From positions 11,274 to 75,273 of the IMG/VR virus record IMGVR_UViG_3300034072_002256: a stretch of DNA of 64,000 bases, one strand, 5' to 3'. The stretch is from a virus. Every line of letters starts with the position of its first letter. Positions within the stretch are counted from its first letter, which is position 1. The translations under genes and the position numbers were made by a program. The notes beneath the pieces were generated by a model, which was given only the letters and a program-made list of their open reading frames with translations, had not been told where the DNA came from and did not search any database. Shown one piece after another: positions 16,031 to 25,965 of this stretch.

Positions 16031-16978
16031 ATGCCTGCATTACGTGCCGAAGAAGAATATATCCTGGTCAAAGTCAGCTCTGCTGCCTATGGCCTCGACC
16101 AGGCGCTGGTCGCTGCAGATGCAGTGCCGGTGTTTGATGTGCAGTACAGCCCTGAGTACAGCAAAACCACGATGAAAGAAGCCCGTGGCTTCCCAGGTGG
16201 CGCTGCTGACAAAGTCACAGGCGGCTATCAGAAGCTGACCTTTAAAGCCTACGTCCGTGGTTCATCTGCCAAGGATGTCCCAACCATCAACGGCAAGCTG
16301 CTGCGTTTATGTGGTAACAGCGAAACCATCACGGCGACGACCAGCGTGACCTATGCGCCGGCAACCGACAGTTTTGAGCACGGCATCATTTACTACTACG
16401 TCGGTGGTGCAAACGGCGTGCTGCATAAAATGGCGGGTGTCCGGGGTAGTGCGAAGCTGGTGAGCAAAGTTGGTGATTTGGACTATTACGAGTTCGAATT
16501 CATGGGCCTTGATACCGGTCCAGTTGCTGCGGGCGCGTTGCCGGCTGTGAGCTGGGTTGGCCTGTCGACGCCGATGCACACCGCGGCAGCGACGGTGGAA
16601 ACCATGACCCTGTTTGGTCAGGCGGTCGGGATGGCCAACATGACCATCACGTTTGGCAATAAGTTTTCGCACATGCATGTGACCGGTGAAGAAGAGATCG
16701 CCTTTGAAAGTCGCGAAGGCTCGGTGGATATCTCCATCGTGGAGCCGAACCCGGCCACCATCAACTGGTGGAACAAATCGCGGGCTGGCGACCAGGGCGC
16801 GTTGGTGTATCAGCGCGGTAAAACCGCCGATGCCACCAACATTCTGTTAGCCAACATTCCGAACCTGCAGCTTGGGGGTGTCACCCGCCGAAAAGAAGCC
16901 GGCAAGTTGTTCCTGGACATCAAGCTCAGCATCGTGCCTACGGCCAAAAACAGCGATTACACCATCGTTACCAAGTAA
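16031..16978 (+). CDS. Major tail (tube) protein, sipho-type
   Basis: 315 aa, beta-rich, precedes chaperones and TMP; no sheath gene present. Confidence 0.8.
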   Translation: MPALRAEEEYILVKVSSAAYGLDQALVAADAVPVFDVQYSPEYSKTTMKEARGFPGGAADKVTGGYQKLTFKAYVRGSSAKDVPTINGKLLRLCGNSETITATTSVTYAPATDSFEHGIIYYYVGGANGVLHKMAGVRGSAKLVSKVGDLDYYEFEFMGLDTGPVAAGALPAVSWVGLSTPMHTAAATVETMTLFGQAVGMANMTITFGNKFSHMHVTGEEEIAFESREGSVDISIVEPNPATINWWNKSRAGDQGALVYQRGKTADATNILLANIPNLQLGGVTRRKEAGKLFLDIKLSIVPTAKNSDYTIVTK

Positions 16979-17004
16979 ACCCGCTGCAGTCTCCCTGGAG
17001 TCGT

Positions 17005-17028
17005 GGGCACGGATGCCCCCTCTTTTTT
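17005..17028 (+). terminator. Hairpin plus U-tract after tail tube gene
   Basis: GGGCA-CGGA-TGCCC..TCTTTTTT; same hairpin at 55782-55804. Confidence 0.55.
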
Positions 17029-17056
17029 AAACCACCTTTTAATCGAGATTTAAACC

Positions 17057-17482
17057 ATGAAATTCCAACTGACCGCTTTAAAACAACAGCAATTCAAAGC
17101 CGCGATTTGTGCCCGTATTCCGACGGACAAGATTGATGACAAAGGCAACACCGTGTTTGGTGAGGCGCATTTCGTTGGTCTGTTTAAAACCCAGCCGATC
17201 TCCTTTGCTCGCGAGCAGTTCGAGCAGCTGGAAGTCCTTCGCGAAAGTGGCGATACCAAAGGCGCTTTATCACTGGCCGCCAAGCAGCTGGACGATGCTT
17301 TTATTGGTTTTGAAAAACACCCATCACACGATTTCCCGTTCTTAGACGGCGACGAGCCGATTGCCTGCACTCCGGACAGCATCAAAGCGCTGCTGGATAT
17401 CAAAGAAGTGCGCGAAGCCATTCAGGACGCATTTAACACAGCGCGCTCCGGAGATGTCCTCACAAAAAACTCGAAGAAGTAG
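17057..17482 (+). CDS. Tail assembly chaperone (G-like)
   Basis: Between tube and TMP; ends in slippery A AAA AAC. Confidence 0.8.
   Translation: MKFQLTALKQQQFKAAICARIPTDKIDDKGNTVFGEAHFVGLFKTQPISFAREQFEQLEVLRESGDTKGALSLAAKQLDDAFIGFEKHPSHDFPFLDGDEPIACTPDSIKALLDIKEVREAIQDAFNTARSGDVLTKNSKK
17464..17470 (+). other. -1 programmed frameshift site
   Basis: A AAA AAC; the -1 frame is open (LEEVATWWAGG...) into 17524-17835. Confidence 0.85.
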
Positions 17483-17523
17483 CGACCTGGTGGGCCGGTG
17501 GTGCAACCAGCAAGGCAAGCCTG

Positions 17524-17835
17524 GTGCGAGAGCGCATGGAAGCCATGGGAGCGCCGCCGGAAGCCATCGAGGCCGCTACGACCGGAATTGATACGACCCC
17601 GGATATCCAGCCGGGAAATCTGATGACCGTGCAGGTGTTTTTTGCGGTGTCGACCCAGTGGGTGCATGCCGGCATGTCCGGTGTCCGGGTCGGCCTGAAC
17701 TACCCGGCGGTTGAAGCCAGATGCCGCGTGATGCCCGATTACCAGGCATTAGAACTGGATGAGCAGAACCTGATTTGGTCAGGGCTGCAGCGGATGGAAA
17801 AAGCCGCGCTGGAAGTCTGGCGCAGTAAAGACTGA
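17524..17835 (+). CDS. Tail chaperone frameshift extension (GT-like, DUF1799-like)
   Basis: TQW...GM.G...GLNY, LQ.ME.AAL motifs. Confidence 0.8.
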   Translation: MRERMEAMGAPPEAIEAATTGIDTTPDIQPGNLMTVQVFFAVSTQWVHAGMSGVRVGLNYPAVEARCRVMPDYQALELDEQNLIWSGLQRMEKAALEVWRSKD

Positions 17836-17846
17836 TGTAAGGATGG

Positions 17847-20800
17847 ATGATGAGTGACTTAACCTTAGCGATCAAATTGACCACAACCGGTGGCCAGGTG
17901 GTGGTTAAGGATATTGCCTCAATCAACGCGGCGGCAAAGTCAGCAGCGGTCTCACTGGATGGCATTGGCGAGGCTGGCAGCGAAGCCGGCGAGGGCTTAG
18001 AGCAGACTGCCAAAAGCGGGAAAGCCGGCGCGCAGAGCCTCAAACAAACCGGTGAGGCGGCCGCTGCAGCCAAACGTGGTCTCTTACAAACCAGCGAAGG
18101 CGCGGACGCATTAAGCCGTCAGGCGAAACAAGCCGATGCGGATTTAAACAGTCTGCGCGGTCAAATGCTGGCCATGGTCGGCGTTGGTGCGGCGTTTTAT
18201 GGCGCACTGGCTGCAGGCTCTGGTCTGGTCGACTTTGCTTACCTGGCCGATGATTTCAATACGCTGCAGCAGCGCATCAAGACAGCCACCAAAGAGACCC
18301 ATGATTACAATCAGGTCTCCGCTGAGATGTATGCCATTGCCCAGCGAAACGGTGCAGAGCTTCAGTCGACCGTTGAGCTGTTTCAGCGCTTAAGCTCCAG
18401 CCGTAAAGACCTCAAAGCCACGAATGATCAGATGCTGCAGTTTACCGATGCCGTGCAAAAGCTGGGTGTCATTGGTGGCAGCAGTAATGATGCCATGGCC
18501 AATGGCCTGATGCAGTTAAGTCAGGGTTTATCGGGTGGCATTCTGCGGGCCGAAGAATTTAACTCAATCCTGGAGAACATCCCGGAGCTTGCTGTTCGCA
18601 TTGGTGCCGGTATGGATGACATCGGTAAAAGCAGCAAAGAGCTGGGCCTTGGCGACCTTCGCAAGCTGGTGCTGGCCGGCGAACTGCTGTCCAAAGATGT
18701 CTTAAACAGTATCCTGGTGCAGCTGCCACAAATCCGCGCTGAGTTCGAACAGATGCCGGTAAGCCTCAGCCGCGCCTCTCAGATGATGGAAAACAGCTGG
18801 TCAAAAGCTGCCGCACAGCTTGATTTAATGCTGGGCCTCTCCACTAGCATGGCCGGGCTTTTCCAGCAAATTTCCAAAGATTTAGACGCCTTTAGCACGG
18901 GCGACTTAGATAGTTTGTCCCCAACCATGCAGGCGACTATTGAGACCGCAGAGCTTCTGATTTACATCCTGGGCACAGCTGCAGTGGTGGCCATGGGGCG
19001 CTATGCAGCGTCAGTAATTGCCAGTGTGCAGGCTCAGCTGCTGGCCAATACCCAAGCCATCCGCACGGTCTCTGCGCTTGGTCTGGTAACCACAGTGACC
19101 GGCACCGCCACGGTCGCGACCAACGCTCTTGCGATGGCGCAGCGCCTGCTGCTTGGTCCGGTGGGGTTGGGGCTTACGGCCATCAGTGCGCTGGCGGTCG
19201 CCTTTGGGGTCTATAAAGACCGGGCGGCAGAAACTGCACAGAAAAATGCAGAGCTGACTGCCAGCTTTAAAACGCTTACTGCTGCCGCCCAGGAAAACAC
19301 GATTTCGCAATACAAGCAGCAGCTGCAGGACGTTCAGCAAGCGCTTGCCGAGGCGCAGAAAGAGCTGCAAAGCTCGATGAACAAAGCGCCCACCGGTCAG
19401 TTTGGTGGCTTTGGTGACCTCGCTGGTCATTCCGCCAAAGTGGCTGAGTTAAAGGCCAAGCAAGCGGAACTGAAAAGCACCATTGAAGCGCTGAGCACCG
19501 CGCAAAAGGCAGGAAAAGCCGATGCCGATGCGATGGCCGAAGCCACCGCCAATCTTGGCGCGCACTCAGCCTCCAGCGCCGACAATATGCTCAAACTCTA
19601 TAACGCACAGATGCTGTCCGCTCAGGCGGTGGATGCACAGGGCCGGGCACTGGCTGGCGTTGATTTAGAACTCTTTAAAGCGCAGTTCGTTGAAGCCAAA
19701 GAGCTGCCCAAAGAAGCGGCTGCTGCTATCCGTGAATTTGCTCAGACCGCCAAAAACGCGGCAACAGCGCTTGATTTGTCCAAAGCCCTCACCAGCCTTC
19801 GTACTGAAAACAGCCTACTTAAAATCAAAAACGCTGAGGGCGAGCGGGCCTATCAAATTGCAAAAGTCCTGAGTCAATACCAGGGCGCGCCAGAGAAGTT
19901 ATTGGCGGCCCTTCGCCAGGAACTGCAGCTGCAGATGTCGCTCAATCAACTGAAAGAGCAGCAGGACTATTTAAAGAATATCCAGCAAGAGAATGATTTG
20001 CTGGTGGTTCGCATTCAAAAGGGCGAGCAGGAATATCAACTCCAAAAAGCAATTCGCCAATTAAAGGCAGACGATCCGGCCTTTATTGCTGCGCTTGAAA
20101 AAGAAATCACCCGGCAAAAAGAGCTGAACGAACAATTAGAGCTGCAGAAGTATTTTAAAGATGGTGGCTTTGATGCGGCGTTAGATAGTTTGACCCAAAT
20201 GGGCCGGATTGGTGGCGAAGTCGGCAATGTGCTGATTGATTCCTTTGGTGACTTGGCCAATGTGTTGGAGCACATGACCGAGCAGCAGGATGATTTCACC
20301 AAAGCCTTTAAAAAGCTCAGCGAAGAGCGCGCTAAAGCCAGCAAACTGGACGACCCAGCCAAAAAAGAAGCGGCCCTTAAAAAAGTATCGGCCACTGAAC
20401 AAGATTTAATGCGCAAGCAAACCCAGGCGCAGCTTGGCAGTTATGCCAGCATCGCCGGCGCGGCCAGCAAGATGTTCAGTGAGAACAGCAAAGGCCGCGA
20501 AGCCTTGCACCGCATGGAAATGGTCTTTACTGCGGCTGAAATCGCTCTGGCTATTCAAAAGGCTGCAGCCAATGCGCTGGCAGCTATCACCAATCAAGGT
20601 AATGGCGATCCATACACGGCTTTTGCCCGCATTGCGGCAATGGCGGCGCTGATGGCAGGTCTTGGCGTCTTCAGTGGCTCCGCATCCGGCAGCGCGCCGA
20701 GTGCTGCCCAGCGCCAGGAAACGCAGAGCACCGGCACTGTGCTTGGTGATAGCAGCGCCAAATCTGAGTCTATCGCCAATGCGCTAGGCCGGATTGAAGA

Positions 20801-23702
20801 CTTAGAACTGGACCAATACGCCGAGCTGCGCTCGATTAACGGCAGCATCCGCGAACTCTCTGCCGGCATTAAAAACTTGGCCGTCAACCTGGTCGCCAGT
20901 TACGGCCGTTTCAATGAGTCTAATTACCCTGGGGAGCTGGGTAAAGACTACAACCTGCAGCTGGGGAGCGGCTTGGCTTCTGTGGTCGGCGGCGGTGTGA
21001 TTGGCCTGGTCGCAGATAAGCTACTGGGCGGTCTTGTCGGTGGCCTTACCAATAAACTGCTCGGCGGGCTGTTTGGCTCAACCAAAAAAGAGCTGGTCGA
21101 CAGTGGTCTCTCGTTTGGTGCTCAGGAACTCGGTGACATCATCAGCACGGGCCTGATGAATGCCACGGTTTATGACGTGATCAAAACCACGAAAAAGAAA
21201 CTGTTTGGCCTCAGTAAATCATCAAGCGAATCCACCGAATATCGCGCCATTGATAACGCGCTTCGAAGCGAGTTTGCCCGCATCTTTGCCCACATGGGCG
21301 AGTCTGTGACTGAAGCCGTCAGTCTCCTTGGTCTTGAGACCAACAAGACGTTGGAATCGTTTGTTATCAATCTGCCGGCGCTGTCGTTTAAAGATCTCAA
21401 AGGCGATGAAATCGAAAAAGAGCTGCAGGCGATGTTCAGCCAGCAGGGCGATTTGATGGTGCAGTACCTGGTGCCAGGCATCGCAGAGTTCCAGAAAATG
21501 GGTGAAGGCTTATATGACACCCTCATCCGGGTTGCCCAGGAACAAGCGGTGTTTAATGCGGCCATGAGCAATCTGGGCCTGCAGCTCAGCCGGTTCTCCG
21601 GCGTGACCAAAGCCGTGGAGCTTGAAGTTGCGCAGGCGCTGATTGAACTCATGGGCGGGATTGAGGAATTCCAGAGCGCGACCAGCACCTATTTCAGTGA
21701 GTTTTATAACGAGTCCGAGCAGCTGCAGGCCATCACCAAAAACCTGCAGGCACAGTTCACATCGCTCGGTGTGGCCATGCCGGCAAGCCGTGATGGCTTT
21801 AAAGACTTGATTGATGGTCTGGATCTGACCACCGACGCCGGCCAGGCAATGTTCGCGGCCCTGATGAAGCTGGTGCCAATGATGGATGAATTCTATGACG
21901 CGGCAGAGCGCGCCGCCGAGGAAGAAAAACAGCGCCTGCAGGATAAAGCCGCATTGGAGAAATCCTTTGCAGATCAGCTCGCCAAAATGGGCATGTCTGA
22001 TGTGCAAAAGTCATTGTTTGACCTCAATGCCTGGTTTGAAGAGCAGAAAAAGGCCGCTGAAGAAGTCGGCGCCGATACGGTTTTTCTGGAACGCCTGTAT
22101 GGCCGTAAACGCCAGGAGCTGTTTGACCAGCAACTGGCGGCCATCAACAGCAAGGCAGAGCAGGAACTGTCAGCCCTTAAAACCAAGTTTGAAAGCCTGT
22201 TTAACAGCTTAAAACAGCTCGGTGAAAGTCTGACAGGATCCATGCTGGAAGTTCGCCGGCAGATGTCCGGCTGGGATGAATCTGGTTATCAGCAGAGCCA
22301 AATTGCCGCCCTCAAAGCCGGCCTTGGCCAAGGCTCGATTGAAGAGCAGATGTCCCAGGTATCGCGGCTGCAATCGGCTGTGATGGCGCGCTACAACGCC
22401 GAAATGGCCGCTAACAACCAGCTGCTGCAAAGCCAGCTGCAGGCGATTGACTCGTTAAAATCCAACTACCAGGCATTTGTCAGCCAAATGCAGGCCGCAA
22501 AATCCGCCCTGGCTGATTCGATGTTATCCATTCGCCGGCAAATGCCTGGCTGGAATGAGGTCAGCTATCAACGCGGCAATATCAGCAGCCTTCGCGCCAA
22601 TGTGGGCAAGGGCAGCACGACTGAGCAGCTGACGAACCTGCAGCAGTTGCAGCAAGCCATCATGGACCGCTACAACGCGGAACTGTCCCAGCAGCAAGCC
22701 CTGCAATCTGCAGCGGAATCGCGCTACCAGACGGACATGGCTGCCTATGAGGCGGCACAAGCAGCGGCCCGGCAATTACTGGCTGCAGCGGATGCGCTGC
22801 TGTTAAGCGACTTGTCGCCGGCAAAAATGGGCGAACAGTTTGGTGAAGCCCAGAGCCAGTTTAATGCGCTGCTCTCCAAAGCCAAGTCTGGTGATACCGA
22901 TGCGATGTCCCAGCTCTCTCAGGTGGGAAATGACTACCTCAGTATTGCTCGCGATTACTACAGCAGCGGCAGCAGTGAGTATGCGTCCATCTTTAACCAG
23001 GTGCAGGCTGCCTATCGTAGTTTCGCCGGCACAGCCAACGGCACTGATAATTCAGTGCCGCGCCCGGTGCTGCAGTTCCAGGCGCAATCACTAGAGCTTC
23101 AGACCGGTACGCTCGCCGAACTCGAAGAGTTGCAAAAGCTGATGGACGAACTCGCCAAAAAGGCTGAGGAAGAACAAAAGGCAGAGCTGGAGAAAGCGGA
23201 AGCGCTACTGAAGGCTTACCAGGACAAAACGGTGGAACTGCAAAGCGGCGCGCTTGATGAACTCAAGGCACTGAAACTTGTGCAGGAAAAACTGGCTGAG
23301 CAGGCCCAGGCAGCCTATGCCGCAGAGCAGGCCAAGATCCTTGCAAAACAGGATGAGGAAATTGCCAACCTAAAAGCCTTATTTGACCAATCGGATGCGA
23401 CCATCGGCAACAAGCTCGATGGCATCGCTGCAGCGATTTTAGACCTCGATTTGGCGCCAGTGATTGTGATCCCGCCAGTGGTCGTGACGCCACCGGCAGC
23501 GACATCAGATGCAACAGATGGCCTGCAAAACGCAGGCGCGCCGGTGGTGCGTGATGGCACCAATCCGATTGTGGACGCGCTCGATACGCTGAATCAATCC
23601 CAGCAACAGCAGACCGATACGCTTCGCCGGGAGCTGGCTGATATGCGCCGTGAACTGGCCCGCACACAGGAAATGGCGATGAGTGCGCGGAGGCTGGCAT
23701 GA
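17847..23702 (+). CDS. Tape measure protein
   Basis: 1951 aa, Ala/Gln-rich helical; QLSQGLSGG.LRAEEFNS..EN.P tape-measure domain. Confidence 0.93.
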   Translation: MMSDLTLAIKLTTTGGQVVVKDIASINAAAKSAAVSLDGIGEAGSEAGEGLEQTAKSGKAGAQSLKQTGEAAAAAKRGLLQTSEGADALSRQAKQADADLNSLRGQMLAMVGVGAAFYGALAAGSGLVDFAYLADDFNTLQQRIKTATKETHDYNQVSAEMYAIAQRNGAELQSTVELFQRLSSSRKDLKATNDQMLQFTDAVQKLGVIGGSSNDAMANGLMQLSQGLSGGILRAEEFNSILENIPELAVRIGAGMDDIGKSSKELGLGDLRKLVLAGELLSKDVLNSILVQLPQIRAEFEQMPVSLSRASQMMENSWSKAAAQLDLMLGLSTSMAGLFQQISKDLDAFSTGDLDSLSPTMQATIETAELLIYILGTAAVVAMGRYAASVIASVQAQLLANTQAIRTVSALGLVTTVTGTATVATNALAMAQRLLLGPVGLGLTAISALAVAFGVYKDRAAETAQKNAELTASFKTLTAAAQENTISQYKQQLQDVQQALAEAQKELQSSMNKAPTGQFGGFGDLAGHSAKVAELKAKQAELKSTIEALSTAQKAGKADADAMAEATANLGAHSASSADNMLKLYNAQMLSAQAVDAQGRALAGVDLELFKAQFVEAKELPKEAAAAIREFAQTAKNAATALDLSKALTSLRTENSLLKIKNAEGERAYQIAKVLSQYQGAPEKLLAALRQELQLQMSLNQLKEQQDYLKNIQQENDLLVVRIQKGEQEYQLQKAIRQLKADDPAFIAALEKEITRQKELNEQLELQKYFKDGGFDAALDSLTQMGRIGGEVGNVLIDSFGDLANVLEHMTEQQDDFTKAFKKLSEERAKASKLDDPAKKEAALKKVSATEQDLMRKQTQAQLGSYASIAGAASKMFSENSKGREALHRMEMVFTAAEIALAIQKAAANALAAITNQGNGDPYTAFARIAAMAALMAGLGVFSGSASGSAPSAAQRQETQSTGTVLGDSSAKSESIANALGRIEDLELDQYAELRSINGSIRELSAGIKNLAVNLVASYGRFNESNYPGELGKDYNLQLGSGLASVVGGGVIGLVADKLLGGLVGGLTNKLLGGLFGSTKKELVDSGLSFGAQELGDIISTGLMNATVYDVIKTTKKKLFGLSKSSSESTEYRAIDNALRSEFARIFAHMGESVTEAVSLLGLETNKTLESFVINLPALSFKDLKGDEIEKELQAMFSQQGDLMVQYLVPGIAEFQKMGEGLYDTLIRVAQEQAVFNAAMSNLGLQLSRFSGVTKAVELEVAQALIELMGGIEEFQSATSTYFSEFYNESEQLQAITKNLQAQFTSLGVAMPASRDGFKDLIDGLDLTTDAGQAMFAALMKLVPMMDEFYDAAERAAEEEKQRLQDKAALEKSFADQLAKMGMSDVQKSLFDLNAWFEEQKKAAEEVGADTVFLERLYGRKRQELFDQQLAAINSKAEQELSALKTKFESLFNSLKQLGESLTGSMLEVRRQMSGWDESGYQQSQIAALKAGLGQGSIEEQMSQVSRLQSAVMARYNAEMAANNQLLQSQLQAIDSLKSNYQAFVSQMQAAKSALADSMLSIRRQMPGWNEVSYQRGNISSLRANVGKGSTTEQLTNLQQLQQAIMDRYNAELSQQQALQSAAESRYQTDMAAYEAAQAAARQLLAAADALLLSDLSPAKMGEQFGEAQSQFNALLSKAKSGDTDAMSQLSQVGNDYLSIARDYYSSGSSEYASIFNQVQAAYRSFAGTANGTDNSVPRPVLQFQAQSLELQTGTLAELEELQKLMDELAKKAEEEQKAELEKAEALLKAYQDKTVELQSGALDELKALKLVQEKLAEQAQAAYAAEQAKILAKQDEEIANLKALFDQSDATIGNKLDGIAAAILDLDLAPVIVIPPVVVTPPAATSDATDGLQNAGAPVVRDGTNPIVDALDTLNQSQQQQTDTLRRELADMRRELARTQEMAMSARRLA

Positions 23703-25126
23703 GTTTCGCGCAGTGGATAAAGCTACCGGCCCTCGACCGTTGTTACCTGCTGGAAGTGTCTTATCGCCTTGCTGGCCAGTTGTATGTGCTGCGCCGTTCG
23801 ACGCATCCGTATCGGACGCACCCTGGCGATACGCCGGCACTCACGCCATACCCGGACACTATTTTGCAGTTGCCGGAATTTGAACGTGACATGACCGAAG
23901 TCTTTGCCGGCTTTAGTCGCACCGGGTTTGGTGATCTGCAGCTTTTCCTCGATGACGATATCCAGATGCTGATTGACTCCGCCAACGTGGCCGGCATGAG
24001 TGTGACGCTGCGCTGTGGTGACATGAGCTGGCCATTATCAGACTTTGGGGTGGTGCTTTCAGGTGCTCGGGTGGAACAGCTCGATGCAGTCAGTAGTGAT
24101 ACAGCGCGCCTTAGCTTCAAAGACGCGGCAGCGCTTTTCGATACGCCGGTCCCAAGGGCCACCATCAGCACCGGGCCAAATGCCGGCAAGCCAGTGCCCC
24201 TGACATACGGCCGCTGCTTTAACGTGAGTCCTGAGCTGATTAACGAAGCGACGCGCACTTACCAGGTCCATGATGGCGCGGTACAGGCCATCACTTCGGT
24301 GCGGGAAAATGGCCTCGCCATTCCTTACACCGCGAACCTCGCCGCCGGCACTTTTACTCTGACGAACAATGCCAAAGGTCGCATTACAGCAGACGTTGAT
24401 GGCGCGGTGGTGAGCAGTACCTGGTTGCAGTCAGCCAAACAAATTATTGATGCCCTGATTAGCCGGATAGGCATTGCGCCTTCAACCGGCACACTGCCGG
24501 GTTATGCACTGGGCCTTTTTATCGGCCGGGACCAAACCCTGAAATCTGCACTGGATGATTTGGTGTCATCGGTGGGCGGTTCCTGGGCATTTAACCGGGC
24601 AGGCCAACTTGTTTTAACGACTTTTAATGCCCCGTTAAACCCAACTGCGATGCTTACGGCAGACGATATCGCTGACGCAAGTCTGTTACCGCGCCGCCGC
24701 TTAGCACCTGCCAAAAGTGTGAAGCTTGGGTATCGGCGCAACTGGACACCGCAGGCTGATGGCCTTGCCGGCAGTGTGCGCGAAACGATGCCGGGACAAG
24801 CTGCGCTTTATGAGGCTCAGGAGAGCCTGGTCACTGCCATTAATCCTGATAACCCGGACTATCCGGATGCGGCGGTTATTAGTCACAGCACCCTGATTGC
24901 GAGCCAGGCGGATGCACAGACTGAAGCAAGCCGGCGGGCAGTTTTAGGTGCAGTTCCCCGGACGGTCTTTGAACTCAGTGCCTTTACCGCACCGCTTGCG
25001 ATGGAGCTTGGCCAAGTCGTGCAGGTGACATATCCGCAGTATTTCGAGGCAGGCGCGCCTGCAGTCATTACCCGCATTGTTGATGTGCTTTCTGACAATA
25101 CCTGCAAGCTGGAGATTTACCGATGA
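23699..25126 (+). CDS. Tail tip/hub-like structural protein
   Basis: Follows TMP; P..YG.CFNV.P, YQVHDG motifs; homolog at 62379-63815. Confidence 0.7.
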   Translation: MSFAQWIKLPALDRCYLLEVSYRLAGQLYVLRRSTHPYRTHPGDTPALTPYPDTILQLPEFERDMTEVFAGFSRTGFGDLQLFLDDDIQMLIDSANVAGMSVTLRCGDMSWPLSDFGVVLSGARVEQLDAVSSDTARLSFKDAAALFDTPVPRATISTGPNAGKPVPLTYGRCFNVSPELINEATRTYQVHDGAVQAITSVRENGLAIPYTANLAAGTFTLTNNAKGRITADVDGAVVSSTWLQSAKQIIDALISRIGIAPSTGTLPGYALGLFIGRDQTLKSALDDLVSSVGGSWAFNRAGQLVLTTFNAPLNPTAMLTADDIADASLLPRRRLAPAKSVKLGYRRNWTPQADGLAGSVRETMPGQAALYEAQESLVTAINPDNPDYPDAAVISHSTLIASQADAQTEASRRAVLGAVPRTVFELSAFTAPLAMELGQVVQVTYPQYFEAGAPAVITRIVDVLSDNTCKLEIYR

Positions 25127-25965
25127 ACCGCATCCGGATGCTGGTCAAAAACTTATGGGATATGGCCGCGCTGACGTTGGAGCAGGGCGGTGCTGTCGGG
25201 ACTTTACCGCTCTCGAATAGCCAGCGTTATGGCAAATCATTAACTGCAGCAATCACCCCTGTTGCCGGCAATTCAGCGGTAGTTTTCACGTTACCGGAAA
25301 TGTCTCTGGCCAGTGGCCTGGTGATTTACCGGCACTGGCTAAGTAACGCCGGCAAGTGGCGCGTGGAGCTGTTTGATGGCCCGAACGCCACTGGCACGAA
25401 GGTCTATGACTCTGCACTTTTGGACGCTGTGGCGACTAAATCACTTGGTGAGCTGGACTGGCTGGTCGACCCGCTCATAGCAAGTCCCTTTGATGCCTGG
25501 CCGTTTAAATTCAGCCAGCATTGGTTCTCACCGCAGTTTTTTCGCTCTGGGCGTCTCTCGATTTCAGATGCGGATGGCCGGGACGGGTTACATGAGTTTG
25601 ACCGGATTTACTTAGGTCAGGTGTTTGAGCCATCGGTCAATTTCAGCTGGGGTGCTGGCCATCAGTGGCAAAGCACAGAGCGTCAGTATGTGACGGCTGC
25701 CGGCAGTGTGTTTGCCAATGAGCGCATCAAAACCCGCGAAATTAAATTCACGTTGGACCATTTATCAGAGTTGGAGCGGCCGCACTTGTCGGCAGCTATT
25801 CGCACGGTGGGGATCTCAAAGGATTGGTTTATCAGCCTGTATCCGGAAGCCGCCACGGTGAAAGAAATCGAGTACGCCATGAGCTGCAAGTTCACAGCGC
25901 TACCCGGCCTTACCAACACTCACTTTAACAACTACGCCGCGCCATTCGCGGTACGGGAGGCATGA
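25123..25965 (+). CDS. Tail tip structural protein
   Basis: Coupled; beta-rich; homolog begins at 63812. Confidence 0.65.
   Translation: MNRIRMLVKNLWDMAALTLEQGGAVGTLPLSNSQRYGKSLTAAITPVAGNSAVVFTLPEMSLASGLVIYRHWLSNAGKWRVELFDGPNATGTKVYDSALLDAVATKSLGELDWLVDPLIASPFDAWPFKFSQHWFSPQFFRSGRLSISDADGRDGLHEFDRIYLGQVFEPSVNFSWGAGHQWQSTERQYVTAAGSVFANERIKTREIKFTLDHLSELERPHLSAAIRTVGISKDWFISLYPEAATVKEIEYAMSCKFTALPGLTNTHFNNYAAPFAVREA

Noticed and set aside
17847-23702. Numerous minus-strand and alternate-frame ORFs over the TMP and other structural genes
   Set aside because: Shadow ORFs of long Ala/Leu/Gln-rich genes, with no RBS or recognisable motifs.
15440-25965. Contractile (Mu-type myovirus) tail
   Set aside because: No sheath or baseplate wedge/J genes; a single 315-aa tube gene and a ~1900-aa TMP indicate a sipho-type tail.
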